Below are positions 25,954 to 29,867 of a stretch of DNA of 29,867 bases, one piece after another; positions within the stretch are counted from its first letter, which is position 1, and every line of letters begins with the position of its first letter. Under the pieces are notes generated by a model. It saw only the letters and a list, made by a program, of their open reading frames with translations, did no database searches and was not told the origin of the DNA. Where the stretch lies: positions 1-29,867 of IMG/VR virus record IMGVR_UViG_3300033149_002886. The stretch is one strand, 5' to 3'. Source of the stretch: a virus. Taxonomy: Duplodnaviria > Caudoviricetes. A program made the position numbers and the translations under genes.

Positions 25954-27911
25954 TGCCTTACATTGTACAAGGTGATTCTGCGGAAGTTAGAAGGGACAAT
26001 TATGCTAGGTTGAACTTTGACTACGACTATCCTTACGGTCTAAACCTAGATCCAAAATCCGACTTCCACGAATCGCTGAGATCAAAAATCTGGCAGCGTG
26101 CTTCTAACTCCCGCAAGGAAATCAGCAAGCGCTTTCCTTCATGGAATGAGATAGATCAAGTACTGACAACTTATATTCCATTGAGTGATAAAGAGAAGAG
26201 GATTAAAGACAAGGACTCTAGGAAACCTGTCTCTATCATATTTCCTTATTCTTATAGCAACTTAGAATCTCTGTTAACTTATATGTCTCTAGCCTTCTTT
26301 CAAGATCCTATCTTCCAATATGAAGGAGTAGAGGACTCTGACACTCTCGGCGCTATGTTGATGGAGCTAGTGATCCGTCTCCACTGCATAAAGACCAAGG
26401 TACCACTAGCCCTCCACACTATCTTCCGTGATGCCTTTAGCTACGGAGTTGGAATAGGGATGCCTGGGTGGGTTAGGAGATATGGAAAGATTCCTGTGAG
26501 ATCTAAGATAGTTACCGAGAGTGAACTAGGTACATCTGAGCAGGAAGACGTTCACTTCGTAGATGGACTAGTCTTCGAAGGAAACGATCTGAGCAATATA
26601 GATCCATACCTGTGGCTCCCTGATCCCTCCGTTTCTAGTGACAGAATCCAGGATGGCGAGTTCATCGGATGGATAGACCGTGACAATTACATGAATCTGC
26701 TCTCAGAAGAATCTAACAGTGGCGGAGATGTGTTCAATGTTAAATATCTACGTGGGAAGACTGACAAGCGCTCTTCACTAGCCACTGACGAAAGTCTCAG
26801 GGAAATAAGACACGGAGGTACTTCAAAGTCAATGCGTCAAGGGATGACATCTACTACTAATCCAGTTGATGTCATAAACCTCTACGTCACTCTCATCCCC
26901 AAAGAGTGGAATCTCGGAGATGGCGAATATCCAGAAAAATGGTTCTTTAGACTAGCAGCAGACGATGTCATCATCACTTGCCAGAAAGCCAACTACTACC
27001 ACGGTATGTACCCAGTTGCTGTTGCTAGCCCTGAGTACGATGGCTACTCAATTACTCCAATAGGCAGACTCGAAGTCCTCTATGGACTCCAAGGAGTGCT
27101 AGACTGGTTGTTTAACTCGCACGTGGCTAATGTTAAGAAGGCCATCAATGATATGCTGATTGTTGATCCTTATCTAGTAAACATCAACGATCTCAAAGAC
27201 CCTGAACCTGGCAAGCTAATCCGTCTGCGCCGTCCAGCTTGGGGACATGGAGTTGACAAGGTTGTTCAGCAACTAGGTGTAACAGACATCACTCGTCTAA
27301 ACATAGCTGACTCTGCCTACATAACTCAATGGATGGATAGGATCTCAGGTGCAGATCAATCTATGGCTGGGATGATCAGACAGACTGGCCCTGAGCGTCT
27401 AACTCGTGGAGAATTCCAGGGTACTCGAAGCAGTGCTATCTCCCGACTGCAGCGAATAGCTATGCTAATCGGCTATCAATTCATGCAGGATATAGGTACT
27501 ATGTTTGCTGTTCACACTCAACAATATATGACTAAGGAAACTTTTGTAAAAATAACTGGTCGCTATGAAGATCAGCTGAAAAGTATATTCGGACCAGAAG
27601 CAACCAGAGCTCCTGTCTCTCCACTAGACTTAGCCATCAGCTATGACCTAATAGTCAGAGACGGCTCTATCCCAGGTGGCAACTTCTCTGAAGCCTGGCT
27701 GCAGTTATTTCAAACTATAGGTTCAACTCCTGAGCTCCTAGCTCAATTTGACATAACTCGAATTTTCATGTATATAGCACAGCAGCTGGGTGCTAAGAAC
27801 GTCGAGGACTTCAAACGTAATGTTAATAGGATTCAGCCGGCTCAGATGTCAGATGAACAAGTGGTAAGGGAAGTTGAAAAAGGTAACATTGTACCTACTG
27901 AGGAGATTTAG
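25953..27911 (+). CDS. portal protein
   Basis: 652 aa downstream of terL. DA..YG.G, LQ..L..L.N...N, PGK.I and T..E......A..RL podovirus-portal-like patterns. Confidence 0.85.
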   Translation: MPYIVQGDSAEVRRDNYARLNFDYDYPYGLNLDPKSDFHESLRSKIWQRASNSRKEISKRFPSWNEIDQVLTTYIPLSDKEKRIKDKDSRKPVSIIFPYSYSNLESLLTYMSLAFFQDPIFQYEGVEDSDTLGAMLMELVIRLHCIKTKVPLALHTIFRDAFSYGVGIGMPGWVRRYGKIPVRSKIVTESELGTSEQEDVHFVDGLVFEGNDLSNIDPYLWLPDPSVSSDRIQDGEFIGWIDRDNYMNLLSEESNSGGDVFNVKYLRGKTDKRSSLATDESLREIRHGGTSKSMRQGMTSTTNPVDVINLYVTLIPKEWNLGDGEYPEKWFFRLAADDVIITCQKANYYHGMYPVAVASPEYDGYSITPIGRLEVLYGLQGVLDWLFNSHVANVKKAINDMLIVDPYLVNINDLKDPEPGKLIRLRRPAWGHGVDKVVQQLGVTDITRLNIADSAYITQWMDRISGADQSMAGMIRQTGPERLTRGEFQGTRSSAISRLQRIAMLIGYQFMQDIGTMFAVHTQQYMTKETFVKITGRYEDQLKSIFGPEATRAPVSPLDLAISYDLIVRDGSIPGGNFSEAWLQLFQTIGSTPELLAQFDITRIFMYIAQQLGAKNVEDFKRNVNRIQPAQMSDEQVVREVEKGNIVPTEEI

Positions 27912-28187
27912 ATGCCAGGTGTGTTTGATCCAGAGGGCCCAGGATATGATTACGAGACAGCTATAAAGTTTGGTCTTGGCCCAGATATCACAGGACATTG
28001 GCCAAGTAGAGTTCCTCAAACTGGACTAATTTTGAAGGGCAGAAAGCACAAAACTTGGCCACTGACTGTAGAAGGGGAGAAGAAAGCTGGTTACATAATA
28101 ATAAAGAGAAATGGTAGGTACTATTCACTTCCAGTAGACGATTTAACAAGAGATTTTAGATTAATGGATGAGGCACTTCGGAAATGA
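27912..28187 (+). CDS. hypothetical protein
   Basis: GHWPSR...G.ILKG..H.T; abuts the portal gene. Confidence 0.7.
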   Translation: MPGVFDPEGPGYDYETAIKFGLGPDITGHWPSRVPQTGLILKGRKHKTWPLTVEGEKKAGYIIIKRNGRYYSLPVDDLTRDFRLMDEALRK

Positions 28188-28489
28188 TAGAAGAAACTGG
28201 AATAGTCGTCCATGCTACAAAGGCTCAGATCGAAGAATTTAAGGAATCCATCTTGTGGAAAGACATCTGTCGAGAACTAGACTTCTGGGCTGAGGGATTT
28301 GTTAAAGAACAAGACATGATAGTAGACAATGCATCAACCAACAATCCCTCAACTGCTGCTGTCCTCCTTCACTACGGAGACATCAACGGACGTAAGAGGG
28401 CAGTTGCTTACTTCAAAAACATTCTAGACGTCTTTCTAGACGTATTGGAGGCTAAGAAAGATGACACTAGACGCAACGAAACCGACTGA
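28184..28489 (+). CDS. hypothetical head-module protein
   Basis: Small helical protein in the typical post-portal position. Confidence 0.75.
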   Translation: MIEETGIVVHATKAQIEEFKESILWKDICRELDFWAEGFVKEQDMIVDNASTNNPSTAAVLLHYGDINGRKRAVAYFKNILDVFLDVLEAKKDDTRRNETD

Positions 28490-28925
28490 TCAAGAGCTAG
28501 TATCAGTCCTTCCTTATTGGATAAGAAATACTAGGAGTGCAGTAAACTCACTCATAACTGGAATAACAGAAATAACAACAACTGACTTGACCATCTCTGC
28601 AGGAGATACTGCACTCGTAATAGGCACTGATCTCACTGCTATCGCAATGGAAATCGTACTTCTGTCTGGCCTAGGAGCTGCTACAATAGACCAGATAAGA
28701 GGTGGTACTGAAGGACAACTAAAAATATTCATATTCCAGGGCAACAATGTGTCCTTCAAAGATGGCCCTAAGTCAAATGGCCAGCTCTACCTAAACCAGC
28801 TTCCTGTGCTATCTACCTTCAACGCTCAACAGGATGATGTAATAGCGTTGATAAATATAGATGGAGACGGTTCAACCAACTACGGATATTGGAAAGAGGT
28901 CTGGAGACAGGTCTCAGTAAAATAA
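28461..28925 (+). CDS. putative structural protein
   Basis: MTLDATKPTD...IR N-terminus of fibre type; beta-rich. Confidence 0.7.
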   Translation: MTLDATKPTDQELVSVLPYWIRNTRSAVNSLITGITEITTTDLTISAGDTALVIGTDLTAIAMEIVLLSGLGAATIDQIRGGTEGQLKIFIFQGNNVSFKDGPKSNGQLYLNQLPVLSTFNAQQDDVIALINIDGDGSTNYGYWKEVWRQVSVK

Positions 28926-28944
28926 ATAACTGGAGGTTTTGAAA

Positions 28945-29741
28945 ATGCCTGATTTGAAAGACATTCAACAGGAAGTGGATGAAATGGCTAGGGCCTTAGG
29001 TGACTCGCTGGATAGCAGCACTAATGCTCCAGCAACTGATGCACCTAACACGAGCAGTCCTTCGACAGACGCTCCAAGCACTGATGCTCCCTCAACAGAT
29101 GCACCAGCAACCAGTGCACCTTCTACTGATGCACCAGCTACTGGAGCTCCAACCACCGAAGCTCCTGCTGAGGATGAGAAAGACAAGATAATCAGGGAGC
29201 TGAGGGAGAAACTTGCAGAGAAGGAAGCTGCTCCGAAAACCAAAGCTCCAAAAACCGAAGTTCCTCAAACAGAGGCTCCAATATCTGATGAGGACTTCCT
29301 CGATGGAGTTGACCTGGACGACCTCACTAGAGACCCTGCTGAGTTCAACAAGCTCCTTAACAAAATCTACAAGCGAGCTCTAGAACAAGCTAGGAGTGAG
29401 GTAAAGAGGCACAGTGAAACTGTTGTGAAAGCTATCCCTGACATAGTCAAAAACAACATAGCCATCACTGCTCGCCTCAAGCAAGTCCATGATAAGTTCT
29501 ATGAAGACAATAAGGACTTAGTACCTTGGAAGAAGGTAGTAGGCACGAAGAACTTCTTCCAAAAGTGGCTGAGGAAGCTCGTAAACGATTAGAGCTTCAC
29601 AAGAAAGCTCAAACTGAGTCCAACGAACCTCCTCCTAAACTTCCTCGCAAGAAAGGAGGACCAAGACAAACTACTAAACCCAACACTGATCCATTGCTAG
29701 ATGAACTTTCTGAAATGGACAAGGCGTTGGAACTAGACTAA
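28945..29741 (+). CDS. capsid scaffolding protein (frame broken near 29545)
   Basis: Acidic low-complexity N-terminus then coiled coil. The natural-looking C-terminus HEELLPKVAEEARKRL...DELSEMDKALELD is in the -1 frame and ends just before the next RBS. Confidence 0.7.
29017..29166 (+). repeat. 15-bp coding tandem repeat x10 (S/A-T-D-A-P)
   Basis: STNAP ATDAP NTSSP STDAP STDAP STDAP ATSAP STDAP ATGAP TTEAP, with diverged codons. Confidence 0.9.
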
Positions 29742-29756
29742 TCGGAGGTAGTGAAT

Positions 29757-29867
29757 ATGTTAGAGGATAGATTTGCTCAACACGATAAGATCCCAGGGGA
29801 TAAGTTCGTTAATCCCACAGCTGACTACACCATGCGTGTCTGGGACTACGTGGTTCGTCCAGCTGCA
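29757..29867 (+). CDS. head-module protein, 5' part only
   Basis: GGAGG RBS then MLEDRFAQHDKIPGDKFVNPTADYTMRVWDYVVRPAA, open to the window end. Confidence 0.7.
   Translation, partial: MLEDRFAQHDKIPGDKFVNPTADYTMRVWDYVVRPAA

Noticed and set aside
749-29243. Short opposite-strand or nested ORFs in the track (e.g. 749..961, 1551..1739, 3735..3968, 13627..13935, 21530..21760, 28965..29243)
   Set aside because: Shadow frames of well-supported genes, with no motifs or RBS.
29757-29867. Major capsid protein call for the last ORF
   Set aside because: Only 37 codons are visible and no capsid motif is recognisable. Position alone is insufficient.

Overview
About 30 kb of a tailed dsDNA bacteriophage genome (podovirus-like layout; the host is bacterial, judged by a peptidoglycan M15 endolysin, holin, sigma70 promoters and GGAGG RBSs). 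Two arms diverge at about 15.2-15.4 kb. The minus-strand arm (1-15108) holds early and DNA-metabolism genes: ParB-N protein (partial), UDP-sulfoquinovose synthase (SqdB), dCMP deaminase, SSB-like protein, Sak4/AAA_24 ATPase, TSCPD protein, PD-(D/E)XK exonuclease, HIRAN protein, ATP-dependent ligase and many small ORFs. The plus-strand arm (15449-end) holds late genes: HTH/TerS-like protein, endolysin, holin, a glycosyltransferase-methyltransferase block, a signal-peptide-bearing beta-helix tailspike-like protein, TerL, portal and scaffold. Three signals are not explained by routine annotation. (1) Twelve copies of a 25-bp imperfect palindrome (AGATAATTAAA-N3-TTTAATCATCT) sit at gene junctions on both arms and are densest near the divergence point. 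(2) A ~200-nt tRNA-shaped RNA has a 76-nt D-loop insertion, a 60-nt variable arm and a vestigial anticodon arm. (3) SqdB together with four GT domains and a methyltransferase suggests a phage-encoded sulfosugar glycosylation pathway. Several reading-frame breaks are probably sequencing or assembly errors. All protein calls are by eye from motifs; no database search was run.
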